NCBI RefSeq assembly: GCF_009914755.1
Contig: NC_060940.1
Length of the DNA stretch: 64,000 bases
From: the human T2T-CHM13v2.0 reference genome, Homo sapiens
Direction: 5' to 3' (one strand)
Shown: positions 32,357-49,800 of the stretch, piece after piece
Position numbering within the stretch: position 1 is the first letter of the stretch
Layout: each line of letters begins with the position of its first letter
The notes under the pieces: model-generated
Told to the model about the DNA's origin: nothing
Seen by the model: the letters and a program-made list of their open reading frames with translations, nothing else
Databases searched by the model: none
Translations under genes and position numbers: made by a program

Positions 32357-33639
32357 TCAGAAAAGCCAACAGGAACACTCATTTTAATGGCTTGCAGGTT
32401 CTTGAAGGAACATAAAACTTCTTCATTTAATGGAGCATATGATAAAGGCCCTGTTTTCAAAAACTAGCTTGTTTTTTAATAAGAATTTTTTAAAGGATTA
32501 TTCGAGTAATATGTTTATTATAAAAATTTGAAAAATAGAAAAAAAATGAATAAACTAAAAATCCCCTGTAATTTCTCCAGAGATTTTTTAAAAACACTTA
32601 AATTTTATATATATGTATATTTTTGTTGTTGTTATACTTAATACCTTGAACAGCTTTCCAGGTTATTAAATAACATTACTTTTTATTGTTGCTGTTTTTG
32701 AGACAGGGTCTCATCTATCGATAGCCCAGGCTTGCGTGCAGTGGTGTGATCATAGCTCATACAGCCTTGACCTCCCAGGCACAATCCATCCTCCCACCTC
32801 AGCCTCTCCAGTAGCTGGGACTACAGGGACACACCACCACGCCCGGCTAATTTTTGTATTTTTTTGGTAGAGACAGGATTTTGCCATGTTGCCCTGGCTA
32901 GTCTCAAACTTCTGGGCTCAAGTGATCCACCCAACTCTGGCCTCCCAAAGTGTTGGGATTACAGGCCTGAGCCCCCATGGCCCAGCCAATAACATTACTT
33001 TTAATGGCTTCTCAGTATTCCATTATATAGTTGTACTATGATATACTAATTAATGCCTCATTGTTGGACACTGACATTTTTGCCTTTTAAAATTATCATT
33101 ATAGACCATTCTGGATTTTCTCAAGACAAAACCCTTAGAAGTGAAACTTCTCTGGCAAGGGGGATATAGAATTTCAAAGCTTTTGCTGTATATTGCCAGA
33201 TTTTCCTCCACCAGCATTGAGTGTCCATTTTTCTTGTCATTGCTGTGTAATTTCATTTGTTTATCTTTGACGGACAAATTTGTTTATCTCATCTTTCAAA
33301 ACCAAAATTGGGCCAGACGTGGTGGCTCATACTTTTAATCCCAGCACTTTTGGAGATCAAAGTGTGAGGATCCTTTGAGAGGATCACTTGGGGCCAGGAG
33401 TTTGAGATTAGCCTGGGCAACATAATGAGACCCCCCATCTCTATAAAAAAATTTTAAAAATTTGCCAGGGGTGGTGGCACGTGCCTGTAGTCCTAGTTAC
33501 TCAGGAGGCTGAAGCAGGAGGATCACTTGAGCCCAGGAGTTTGAGGCTGCAGTGAGCTAGGATTGTACCACTGCACTCCAGCCTGGGTAATGGAGCAAGA
33601 CCCTGTCTTAACAACAAAAATAACAAAACCAAAAACTGA

Positions 33640-33858
<219 letters not shown>

Positions 33859-33921
33859 TAATTTTTGTATATTTAGTAGAGATGGGGTTTCACCATGTTG
33901 GCTGTGCTGGTCTCAAACTGA

Positions 33922-34236
<315 letters not shown>

Positions 34237-34595
34237 TGATCCGCCCGCCTTGGCCTCCCAAAGTGCTGGGATTACAGGCGTGAGCCACCTCGCCCAGCCT
34301 GCCTTGCCTTTTTTTAAAGAAAGGCATATTTTGGGGTAGTTATCTAGGGAATTATAAATCTCACCAGAGAGGCAAGTGACCACATGATTTTTTGATCTTA
34401 CCATATTTCATTGAGCCCAAAATGCGTATTTTTCCCCACATTTTAACATCTTTGAAATTGGGATGCATCTTAAGATTGGCTTGTCATAATTTAATTGGCA
34501 GTATTTTTTTCTTATTGTTACATTAAAATATTGGTGTATAGGGGTCAGATCAGTTACAGAAGAAACAAAAATTAACATGTTGAATGCATAGCTAA

Positions 34596-34802
<207 letters not shown>

Positions 34803-34999
34803 TAAGTAGCTCTTCTCAGTCAAAAATTCGAGTAGATGCACGGAATGCCCTTTTCTCTAGGAAAAAAAAAGTCTTTGTCCATTTATATATGCAATTGTGA
34901 TGAGAAATTGATTAATTTCAAGTGATTGGGAACCCATTTGATCAGACCTAAAACTATCCCAAAGTTTGATACAGGAAGATAAGGCAGAATATTCTCTAG

Positions 35000-35308
<309 letters not shown>

Positions 35309-35339
35309 TAAGGAATCTGCCCAGGCTATCTCCAGACTT

Positions 35340-35745
35340 TCACATGAATCTTATGAGAAATTAAACAATTTATAATCAACGTTAAAAGAATATAACAAAT
35401 AAATTTTGAAAACCTGAGTAAAATGGATGACTTTTCAGGAAATATAAATTTCTAAGATCGCAGAAGAAATATACACAAACCAATTATTGTATATATCTGT
35501 CCCTAGAAAGCACCAGACCCAGGTGGTTTCACAGGGGATCTCTACCAAATCTTTAGGTAACAGATAACCTTATTGTTATTTAAAATGTTACCAAACCCAG
35601 AAAGACGGAACACTTTCAAATTTTTTTTGTGAGATAAATAAGATTGGTATAAAAATCAGAAAAATATGACACATGCACACAAACTGCAAACTAACTTCAC
35701 GTGAATGTCAGTGTCAAAATCCTAAATATTAGGAAATCTAGTACA
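35340..35745 (+). mobile_element. Ancient L1M ORF2 fragment
   Basis: aaattttgaaaacctgagtaaaatggatga...accagacccaggtggtttcacagggga...ctaccaaa resembles degenerate L1 ORF2. Confidence 0.6.
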
Positions 35746-37659
35746 TCTTTTAGCAGACTCGGCTTTATTGAAACAGACTTTTTATGTGGTTTCGACTGTG
35801 TGGCAAAGATGACAACACTGTTCCACAACCATCAGTGAATACCATCTTGCATAAAATTTTACAGCCCTTATTTGACAAAAACTGTGATTGGCATTAATTT
35901 ATCAGATGAATGCCTGCTTTACTTCCTTGTGAGATGAATGTAGTCTATTCCTTAGGCTGGGGAAAGACTCCAGCTGCTTCCTGGTAATTACTTCAAGTTG
36001 AAGCTTGTTTCACAATGTGAGCTAAAGTTTATCATTTTAAACAGAGCAGCTGCCTGTTTAAAGGGTATTCCTGTTACTAATACCACATATCTTATATCAG
36101 TAAGAGAGTCTCTCTCAGCAGCCAAGGCCAGCATACTGGCCATGACATAGCTAATGTCGGACTGGTATGCCCCTGAAGATATCTGTAACGTAATCCTAGC
36201 TCTTGTTTTGGCTCAAAAAGCAGATCTGCAAGCAGTGCTCTGGGCTGTGCTTCACCTTGGAATCACTGTCTCAGTGGTTCAATAGTTTCCAGATGAACTA
36301 GAAAATGGGACGATGATGGTAGTGTTGTCTGCAGATGGTAACACTGGCAGCAGAGCCTCAGTAATAGCCCAAGAACATAAGGGTTGCATATGTTCCCGCT
36401 CAGGGTTCTGAGGTTAATTCCTAGAACTTTTCATTCAGGCTCATCCTTGGTGCCTGACAGAGATTCTGAACTTTAAATTCTTCTTGGCCAAAGTCTGAGG
36501 GGACACCTCTCCCTTATCTATCATACCCCGTTCTTTTTCATCTAGCCTGCCTTTTCCTTGGATGAAGCCCACAAATAAGTCTTCTCACATATACCCTAAA
36601 AGGGACAATTGATCCATCTAAGTTCCCATGGGGACTGGACATAGTTAAAATGCTTCAGCATTTAGTTAACTGCTCCTGCAGAATTAAACCTTCCCAAACT
36701 CAGATGGCAATGGGCATCAACTATCAGAAAGTCTCATTTTATGGGCAGCTTATACATACTCTCTTGGTAACCATGTATATAAATTTGGTACCCAAAGTTC
36801 GTCTTGTCTTGAATAAGAACAGCTGAATTCCAAGCTAGGTCAATCCTATGCTGTCTCTAGACTGTTTTCTCTGATAGTAACAAGAAGATATAGTTGTCAG
36901 GAGCCTAACTGAGTGGCCACCTTAGTGCCAACCTCCTTCTTGCACCTTGCTGCCCTTAACATTCCAGTTGTGCTTAATTATAAATTGTGGCATTAAGTAT
37001 GAACTTACTTGAGACCATTTTCTGTGCCATTAATATTTTCATCCTGTGTTCCAAAAATGTATATTCAGTGATACTTTATATTCATTGGAATATTACTCCT
37101 TTCTGGCATCAGGGTAGGAGCTCATGGCCCTGTTACTACCAACTGGGATTTTATAAATTGTTCTGTGTTGTATATACTCTCTGTCTGTAATTCTTCCATT
37201 CATTCTTTTTTTCTTTAACCTTTTTATTATGGAAAATTTCAAATACATACAGAAGAAAAAAATAATAGTACAGTGAAGCACCACATACCCACTCTCAGCT
37301 ACAAGTCATCCACTCACAGCCACTGCTTCTCCCTCAGTCTTCTCTCATCTCTGTTTTTTTAATTTTTATTTTTTATTTTTTGAGACAGGGTCTCACTCTG
37401 TTGCCCAGGAGTGTGGTGGCACAATCTCAGGTCATTGCAACCTCCATCTCCCAGGCTCAAGCGATCCTCCCACCTCAGCCTCCTGAGTAGCTGGGACTAC
37501 AGGCATGCCAACACACCCAGCTAATTTTTGTATTATTTGTAGAGACTGGGTTTCGCCATGTTGCCCAGGCTGGTCTCGAACTCTTGGGTTCAAGCCATCT
37601 GCCTGCCTCGGCCTCCCAAAGTGCTGGGATTACAGGCGTGAGCCACTGTGCCTGGCCCC

Positions 37660-38550
37660 TCGTCTGTTAATAACTCCTTTATCATCCCAGTTTCCCTGGC
37701 CATAACCGTAGAGTATCCTTGACACCTTACTTTCTGCTATTTCCACATTCAATCCCTCAGCAAATCCAGTAGGCTGTGCCTTCAGAATATATCCAAAATC
37801 CAACTACTCATCACCCTCACTGCTGCTACCATGGTCCAAGCCTCCACCATTTCCTACCTATATTATTTTTGTCTTGCCCTCTACCTTGTTCCTCCCCAGA
37901 TCCCCTTCAGTCTATTCAACACAGCCTCCAGAATGATTTGTTACAACGTAAGTCAGATCACACACTTCTCTGCTCAAAAGATGCCAGTGCGTGGCTTCTT
38001 ATTCACTGAACGGAAAAGCCAAAACCTTTCCGGTGACCTCCCAGGCCCCGTACAATTTGTCCTCTCCCTTCCCTATGTTACTTTTCTGACCTATTTCCTA
38101 CCCTCTCCCGTTTTCTCATGCTCCTTCAGCCACCCTGGCCTCCTTGCTGCTCCTGAAACACACCAGGCCTATGATAGCTTCAGGGCACTTGCTGTTCCTG
38201 CTACCCGAAACGGTTTCTCCAAACAACCACAAAACTTACTTCCTCACTCCCTTTACCTCAATATTACCTTAGTGAGACCTTTCCTGGCTGCCATATTTAA
38301 AATTGTTTTAATAACACCCCACCTCTGATGTGTACACTCCTTGTCCTTCCCATTTTCCCTTTTCTTCATAGTATTTATCAGCATTTAACACTGTATTTTA
38401 CTTATCTTGTTTATTTCTGTCTTCCCCTACTGGAGCATAAGCTCTCCAAAGGCAGGGATACTTTTTTAGTCCTCTGTTCACTGCTGAATCTCTAGGGCTT
38501 GGAACAGTGCCTGGCACACAGTAAGCCCGTAAGTGAACTGAATACATGCT
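37660..38550 (+). mobile_element. L2 3' fragment (antisense Alu at about 37355-37657 adjoins it)
   Basis: Typical L2 3' end: taagctctccaaaggcaggga...ctgttcactgctgaatctctagggcttggaacagtgcctggcacacagtaag. Confidence 0.7.
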
Positions 38551-38944
38551 TCATGCTTCCCTTGCCCATATATTAGGGCTGTACCTTCAGCAGAACAGTT
38601 TTGCCTGTCTGCTTCCATTCCATGCTGAGTGAAAGTATAATGGAAGGGTTCTAACTTGAGGTGTTTGGACTTGCAGGGAGTCTAAAATGAACTGTTATAA
38701 ACCCCTTGAAATTGTATAAAAACTTGTATATGTGTGTTTTTCTTGAGAAAGCCTCTATGCTTGTGAGCAGACTCTCACATATGTGATTTAAAAGGTTGAA
38801 ATTTGCTGGTAACATAAAAAGAGCACTGGACTTAGAACTAAAGGATTTTAATTTGATTCCTGACTGCATACCTTATACAAGTCATTTCCTTGAACTTTGT
38901 CTATAAAATGGGAATGGTTATACCTCCTTCATTCTCTACTTTAG

Positions 38945-39217
<273 letters not shown>

Positions 39218-40329
39218 TAAGAGGATTTATATTAGGCAAAGTTTCATACTGTTCTTAAATTGCTAGTTCCATGGCTGTTCGTCAGGGTTTATTGTATCTA
39301 AAGCAGGCTGAATGAGGAACTAGAGTTTAAGTAGAACCTGGCTGTCTTCCAGAAAGTACCTGAAATAGAAGCAGCTGCTTGATGTGGAAGGCTGTTTTGT
39401 TTACTCAGTACTGTATTTTTGATACAATTTTGGCTTCACAAAATGTAACAGGTTTAATGCTATTTATGAGCTTCCTAGGCACTCTTTTAGTTTTAGAGCT
39501 TCCTCATTTACTTCTTATTTACAGTCAACCATTGAGAAGTTAGCAGCCTCCATGTCATCTTACTAAATTTCAGTTGTATGAGATGAACTCAGAGGGCAGC
39601 CTGGACCCTATAGAACAGAGTGAGCATCAGCAAGAGAAGCAAGTAAGATGGTCCCCAGGAAGGCTAGCCCAACTAAGTTTAGAAAGGAGAAGAGCAGTTG
39701 GGCAATGTGGCGTCCTGGCCAGTCAATGTGTGCCGATTGTTTATGAGCAACACTCAAGTTGATGTTACAAGCCAGCTACCTGTAATTCATCATATCCCAT
39801 ACCCTGCCTTGGTCTTATTTTTGACATAGCTTTAGTCACGTGGCTCCACAGGGGTCCAGAGCCTGGAGTGATGAACCCAGTTTGTCATCCCCAGGAATGA
39901 CTCAGCCTGGGCCCCTGACTCTGCCTCTCTACGTTTGTTGTCTTTTGAAACGGGTTATCTAATTGGCTGTGCACTTAAGGGAAGTAGAGTGTGTCTCATT
40001 TCACCCTTAGCTATACCAGCCTCTCTTCTGAAAGAAAGGCACAGTGATTCCAGCTGTGATTAATCCTCCCTATTACTTCTACAGCCCAGAATTTCTCAGT
40101 TTGAGCATATTTGGAGGGTTTAGTTATCAGGGCCTCACAGACAGATGCAGAGTTTAAAGGTTGGATATCTTCATGCCCTTTTTGATCTTTGTTTCTGTAA
40201 GAATGTTAAGATCTCAAACAGCTGGATCTGGTCTTAATCATCTTTGAGCTCTCTGGTCCTGTGGTCTTGCACATAATACAAGGGGTCATTAATGAGTGCT
40301 GAAATATAAAACTTTAGAACTAGGTATCT

Positions 40330-42600
<2,271 letters not shown>

Positions 42601-42827
42601 GCACATCTGTAAGTATATGCTGTGCACATATAGAGTGTCTGAAAGAATGCATATGAACTTTTTACTTGTTCCACAGACTAAGACAATTGAGGATCAGAAA
42701 TGTAAGATTTACTTTTTATTTACATATTCATTTTTTTTAAACCATGTATAATTAGTAACCCTTTCAATGAACAAACTTGTTAACATTTTTGATTTAGTTG
42801 GCAGGCAGTTGGAGTTTGACCTTTTGA

Positions 42828-42962
<135 letters not shown>

Positions 42963-44460
42963 CACATGTGAAGAGGCATCGTGGACTTTTTTCTACTCAA
43001 TTCCAGCCAATGTTGAAAAGAAAAAGAAAAAAAAAACTCTCTAATCAGTTGTACACACATTGAAACTTATAGCCATGGCCAGATTTTATGCTAAAAATGG
43101 TAGTTTGTCAAAGACAAAATTCTCTTAGAATCTAATCCAACTTGCCAGCCCTGAGAAAATCCCTTTTAAGGCCAAGGAAAGCTGAATGCTAGCAGCCAGG
43201 CCTGTGGTACTTCCATGAGAAACCATAGCAGACAATGCCCTCCCAAGTACTGAAATCACACTGGAATCCCCCTTGTTGGGTTCATTTGATTGTTTAACAC
43301 AGGATGTGTTGTGTCATTCTGAAGTTTTTATTTGGGGCAGAAGTCTTTATGGAGATGTAAATGACAGCGTTTCTGGGTTATGCATAACTTCTCACTGGTC
43401 AGAGACACCGGTGTGTCAAGCATGGATATTGCATTGCAAGACTTGAATCTATAAAAATTAGAATCACACAGTCAGTACTACAAGCAAAACAGAGAACCTG
43501 AAAGAAGGTGCACAGACTGTAAGAAAAAACCCAAGTTTGTGATATTTCAGTGATTCCAAAGAACATTCTAGGTTTTTTGTTTGTTTTTTTGTTTTTTGGG
43601 TTTTTTTTTTTTACTGCAGAAAATTGGTGGTATTTTCACATTCATAGTGTTTCTATCCAATTTCAGTACCCACATTTAATGAGGAAAAAATGTTTTACCA
43701 ATGAAGGAGGAATTCTTAAATTAGCTGTAATGTTAGGTTGGAGAAAATTTGGTATTTAGGGTATTTTCAAGGTACCATCAAATCAGATTTCTGTTTTTTT
43801 GTTAAAAAAAATTTTTTTAATCAGTATTGTTTTTACAAGTAATATACTTTGAAACTCTTGAACTAATAGTCTCAAAAACTCTAGAGGACAGTCTGAGAAC
43901 ACGTATTTCTATTGTTCTAAATAAATACATGTTTTTGAATAGTTCAATCATGAATTATTGACTATGTCTTCATCAAAAGTGTTAATCCCTCTCAGGGTCT
44001 CTGGTGAAGACCTTCAAGAGTTTGGTTTTTTCTCCCAGGAAATTGGAAGGTAGAATTGTAAATTCATAGAACTTCTTTTATAATGGTGTACCTCAGCAGC
44101 TGCCTTTCAATTTATGCCAAGTCCTTACAGAGTTTATACTTGAATAGTAAATATGTCTTCTGAGTTTTACAGTGTCTTAAACTCAATGCACATTTTTTTT
44201 TCTTCTTTTTCCACCCCTTCTTGTTTGTAGTTCATTATACCTGTCCTATTACAGAACTGATTTCCTTCCTGGCTGTACATGTTGGGGTGCTGGATTTTTT
44301 TCCGTGTCTTTAGTCTTCCATAAATCCACACACACACACACACAAAAAAAATATATATATATATATAAATATATATGTAGGATACATGTTCTCTTCTTTA
44401 GCTTGTGGTGAATACAGTAATTTGCATTGAAGAATAAAACATCTGTTGCCTTTTTTGACT
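42963..44460 (+). terminator. RSPRY1: RSPRY1 3'UTR with poly(A) signals AATAAA at 43920-43925 and 44433-44438
   Basis: Repeat-poor AU-rich sequence after the stop, two canonical hexamers, U-rich sequence after the distal one. End point approximate. Confidence 0.75.
44327..44376. repeat. Compound (CA)n(A)n(TA)n microsatellite in the RSPRY1 3'UTR
   Basis: Read directly from the sequence. Confidence 0.9.
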
Positions 44461-46559
44461 AAGATTTCACAACTTTCATTGGTGTATACTGCTAAGGTTC
44501 CAAGACATTATACTCTCAGACTTTAAGGGCTACTTTTGGGAGTAGGAGAGAATCAAGTATTAGAATTAAGAATAAGGCCACTTACTCATCCAGCAGATTG
44601 TTATTGAGCACCTAATATGTGCTGGGCACTGTGCCTATGTGGCATACAAAATATGCTTGTAGAGCTTATGTCTAATAAGCTTGTCTAATTATTGTCTATT
44701 ATTATGTCTAACAGTAATTTGGAAGTGGTCCAGCTGAGACTAAAGGTAGTCTGTACATTTAGTAGAGAGAGGGAAAAATAGATGGAATTAATAGATAATT
44801 TGCGAGGCAAAGGAATGCAGGAGCCTAACAGCTTTCTAAAAATCTACCCTTGAAGTTTGTTCCTAAGGTGGGGAGAAGACAATATATTTGTGTTTATTGT
44901 AACAGATTTTTAGTGGAAAAGAATAGGGTCCTAGAGAGAATGAGGGGGACCTAATTTAGATGGTGGTGGGAGTGTCAGAAGAAACCTCACTGGGGAAGTA
45001 ACATTAGTGAAACTTAAAGGAGGAAGTAGGACATAGCCTGGCAGAGACTGAGGACTAGCTTCTAGGACTGGGTAGCTAGGCGAACACAACATTTTAGGCA
45101 AAGGCACTAACTGAGGAAGAATGGGTCTCAGTGGGTTTGGGGATCCGATGGAAGGCCCCTGTAACTGGAAAAATAGGAAGCAAGTAGGTAGAATAGGTAA
45201 TGCTACAGTGTTGGAGAGGCCAGGGAACTGCTCATGAAGGCTATGTGAAGGATTTTCTGTTTTATACTAAGTGCAGTAGAAGGCAAAGGTGTTTAAGCAT
45301 GGAAGTGCCTTGATAATTCTAACAGATGGCTCTGGCTTCTATTTGGAGAATGGAATGGAGGAGTGGGGTGGGCTGGGGGTAAAGGACAAGCAAAAAAATG
45401 GAAATAGACCAGTAAAGAAATGTGTGGTCCAGCTGAAACTAAAGGTAGTCTGTACATTTAGTGGAGAGAAGGAAAAATAGATGGAATTAATAATTTGCCA
45501 GGCAAAGGAATGCAGGAGTGTAACAGCTTTCTAAAAATCTACCCTTGAACTTTGTTCCTAGGGTGGTTTACGTTTCCTGTTCTTAAGTTCTAGATCATAA
45601 AACAAAAGGGCTTCAATATTAAATTGATCAAATCATCCAGGATGGAAGCTAAATTGTAAACTTGGAGCCACCTCAAAGGGAAAGACAGGAACTCCCTATC
45701 AAAGAAAAAACTAGGGGTTAGCAAGCTATGTGGAAGCGTAAAGTCGTACATCCATATTCTGAACTGAATGTAAGCATTTAAGAGAAATTAAAAGCTAGAC
45801 TTTTACTACTGATAAATTGTTACCAGGGAGAAAAACAAAAAATTATGGTATTTTGTCAGGTGATTCACTGGGGAAATCCAGCATTTCAGCCAAAAAAGTT
45901 TTTTAATGAATTTGCCCCTTTTTAAAATAACATAGAGCAGAAGAAAGTCATGGTGCCATTTGCAGAGTGCCAGGAAACTGATTCAGTCACAAAACTGACA
46001 CAATTTCACTGGCAGAAAATGACTTTTGCACAAGTTTCAACCATCTTGAATGTGTATCCATGAAAACAAACCATCCACCTAAGATCAGCTCTTTCCAATA
46101 TTGCCCATCATTTACCTTTTGCTATTTATTCACTCAGAAGAATTCCTAGTGCCAACCCCCAATCAAAGGATTTTAAAAATGAGTATTAATGGAAAAACAT
46201 TTAGTGTATTCAAGTCAATTTTTAGTTTTGCTACAAGTGGAAAAAGGCCATTCTGTATTCAGGAGAAAACGTTCTGATTTCCAAGAATATGGTTTAACAA
46301 CCCAGGGATTAGGGGCTATATAGCATGATGGTTGAAATAGGCCCTTTGGAGTGGGACTGGACCCAGGTCCCACTAATGCTTGGTTTCCCAGTCTGTAAAA
46401 TGGAGATACTACCCACCTCATACCGGTTTTTTGTTTTTGTAAGGTCTCAAATATTTCAAAAGGAGACAATGTATTTATAAATGTTTAGCACACTATCTGA
46501 TACATCCTTGAGTGGGTACTTTTTATCTTTATCCCCATTTGTTCCTAGAGTCAGTAAGG

Positions 46560-47086
46560 TTGGTGAAATGGATTAAAAGATGGCCACAAATTATTTGACA
46601 TCCCTCCCGTCAAGAAATGAGGTTTATGTCTACTTTCCTTAAATTTGGGTGGCTCTGGGTCTGCTTGATCAGTGGAACACAGTGGAAGGGCTATTGTGCC
46701 AGTTTCCAGTACCAGGTCTTTAAGTGACTGCCAGCTTACATTTCAGTATCTTGAAACACTTGCTCTTGGACCCAGCACCATGGTGTGAGAAAACCCAAGA
46801 ATCCCCTGAATCCTATAGATGGAGAGGAACTGAAACCCCCCAAACCCCGGCCCCAGTTCTCTGGCCAATGTCCACAACTGAGAGCCAAGAGCCAACACTA
46901 ATTTGCCAGCCATGTGAGTAAACTCCTTGGAGGAAGCTCCTCTAGTCCATTCCAGCTGCCCCCAGCCGACACCAACTGGAATAGAGACTAGCTGGCCCTG
47001 CCCAAATTACAGATTAGTGAGCAAAATGGTGGTTTTAAGCCACTAAATTTTCAGGTGGTTTGTAACAGCAATAGATAACCAGAACA
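46560..47086 (+). mobile_element. MLT1 (ERVL-MaLR) solo LTR
   Basis: aaagatggccacaaattatttgaca start and ttttaagccactaaatttt...gcaatagataaccagaaca end, typical of the MLT1F-H group. Confidence 0.7.
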
Positions 47087-47329
47087 GATTAAATCAAGGT
47101 GTGTTCCTCCTCCACTCCATCAATGACTTAGGAAGGGTAGGCAAATTCATTTTGTCCAGAAATGTGTGGTATATAGAGAAAGTAGGTCATGAAGAAACTC
47201 TCTGAGTTTGCTGTAAGCTGTGTGACCAGGGCTTGACTAAACAACTCAGTCCAGTAATTCAGCAAATCTTTTAAAATGCCTATCTTCCACTTGGTGCTAA
47301 ACAGAGTAACTCATAATTGATGTCACCTG

Positions 47330-48325
<996 letters not shown>

Positions 48326-48849
48326 AAAATGTCTGCTAACCCATTCTGACTGGCCACCTGACCCTCAGTTCATACCTTAAACCCCTCTAGTTCCTCTAGT
48401 CATATACCACACTTTGGCCATAAGGTATCATGCAACTAAAGAGACACAATGCTTAGTTGTCCAATCAAGAGAAATCAGCTCAAACGAATCCTTTTTCAAA
48501 GTTTGGCAGTTTTGAAGAGGCCTTTTCCTGAAAGGTATCTGATTCCTGATTGCGTGGCTCAAAATAGTTCTTCAATTCTCATCTTGTATAATTAGTCAAG
48601 AAACCAATTACTGCCGAGTAATCTTTATGATGCGAAGATTATAATGTAAATTACAGGACATCGACTTCTTGCGATGGGGCTTTCCTTCCACGAGGGGTAG
48701 GAACTGTCTTGAAATCAGACGTCAGCATCACCTGGTTCAAGGGATAAGGGACTGGCTCTCCAGCGACTTGGCAACTTACAAGCGCTCTTTAAACACGCCT
48801 TAAACTACTTATTTAATCCTCCACACTCAGGGAGGCGCAATTTATTCTC

Positions 48850-49800
48850 GAGTTGCGAGTGAGGAAATTCTGGCTCGTGGCTTCGATTCCTTCATCCGTA
48901 CAATGGGGGCGACTTGAGACGGAGTTCCCACACAACGGGTGCTCGCCGAAGCGCCGCATCCCTCCGCACTCCCTTCCGGGACTTCCTCTCCCTGTCTTGC
49001 CCCGCCCCGGCATCGGTAACGCTCGCCTGTGATTGGCTGCCGGCCGGCCGTGAGGCGGTGGAAGGGGTTGCGGTGGCCATGGTGACAGGAGGCGGGGCGC
49101 CGCGCCCCTCCGGCAGTCACCGAGGCCCGGACCTGCGGCGTCGGCGGCGCGCGCAGAGGGCCAGGCGGGCGTAGAGGCCGGACCGACGCGTGGCGGCAGA
49201 GGGTATCCAAGGCCGGACCTGGCGCGCAGGCGCTGACCCGACCTGGCAGTGAGCTGGCCGCGGCCTTGGCTGAGAGGCCTTAACCCCGCCGGGCGGCCGC
49301 GCCCTGCATGCGAGTTGGGCCGCGGGCGGGGTTGGAGCCTACTCGGGGCGACTGCGATGGACGCCTTAGAAGGAGAGAGCTTTGCGCTGTCTTTGTGAGT
49401 AGCTCCTCCAGGGCGCAGGCGACTTGGGGCCGGAGGCAGCGGGCGTTCGCCCCGGGGCCTGACCCTATAAAACAGGTGTCCTTAGGGGCCGGGCCGGGCC
49501 GGGCCGGGCAGGGTGGGGGCCGCCAAGGCGCCGTCCCAGCTCCAGGCCTTCCTTTTGTAGAGTACTAAGGCTGCAGGTTTCAGGCCCCGCAGGACAGGAG
49601 TGCGAGGCGGGTGTCACCGTTGATCAGCGCCTCCATCACAATCCCCAGCCGCCAACCCTCAGCTGTCAGCAAAGCCTGGAGGGGTTGAGCGCCCGAGGCC
49701 CCTCCACCCCTCCCTGGCCCCCGCCTCCCGGACTCCTGACCAAATGACCCCCCCCGGCAGGTGTTTCGCCCGTGCCGGGTTCATGCTCACAAGCAGACAG
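48850..49800. promoter_or_regulatory. ARL2BP: CpG island / ARL2BP promoter
   Basis: Dense CpG and high GC. GC box 48999-49008, reverse CCAAT (ATTGG) 49032-49036, ETS-like CTTCCGG near 48974, X-box-like 49073-49086, NRF1-like GCGCAGGCGC near 49224. Confidence 0.9.
49357..49394 (+). CDS. ARL2BP: ARL2BP (BART) exon 1 coding part
   Basis: gcgATGG; MDALEGESFALSF; donor TT|gtgagt; 38 nt. Confidence 0.95.

Noticed and set aside
37831-38328. 165-aa + strand ORF
   Set aside because: Lies within a decayed L2, with no splice linkage to RSPRY1 or domain signature.
48813-49568. Arg/Gly/Pro-rich ORFs on both strands of the CpG island
   Set aside because: Expected from GC composition; only the MDALEG frame splices into a coherent gene.
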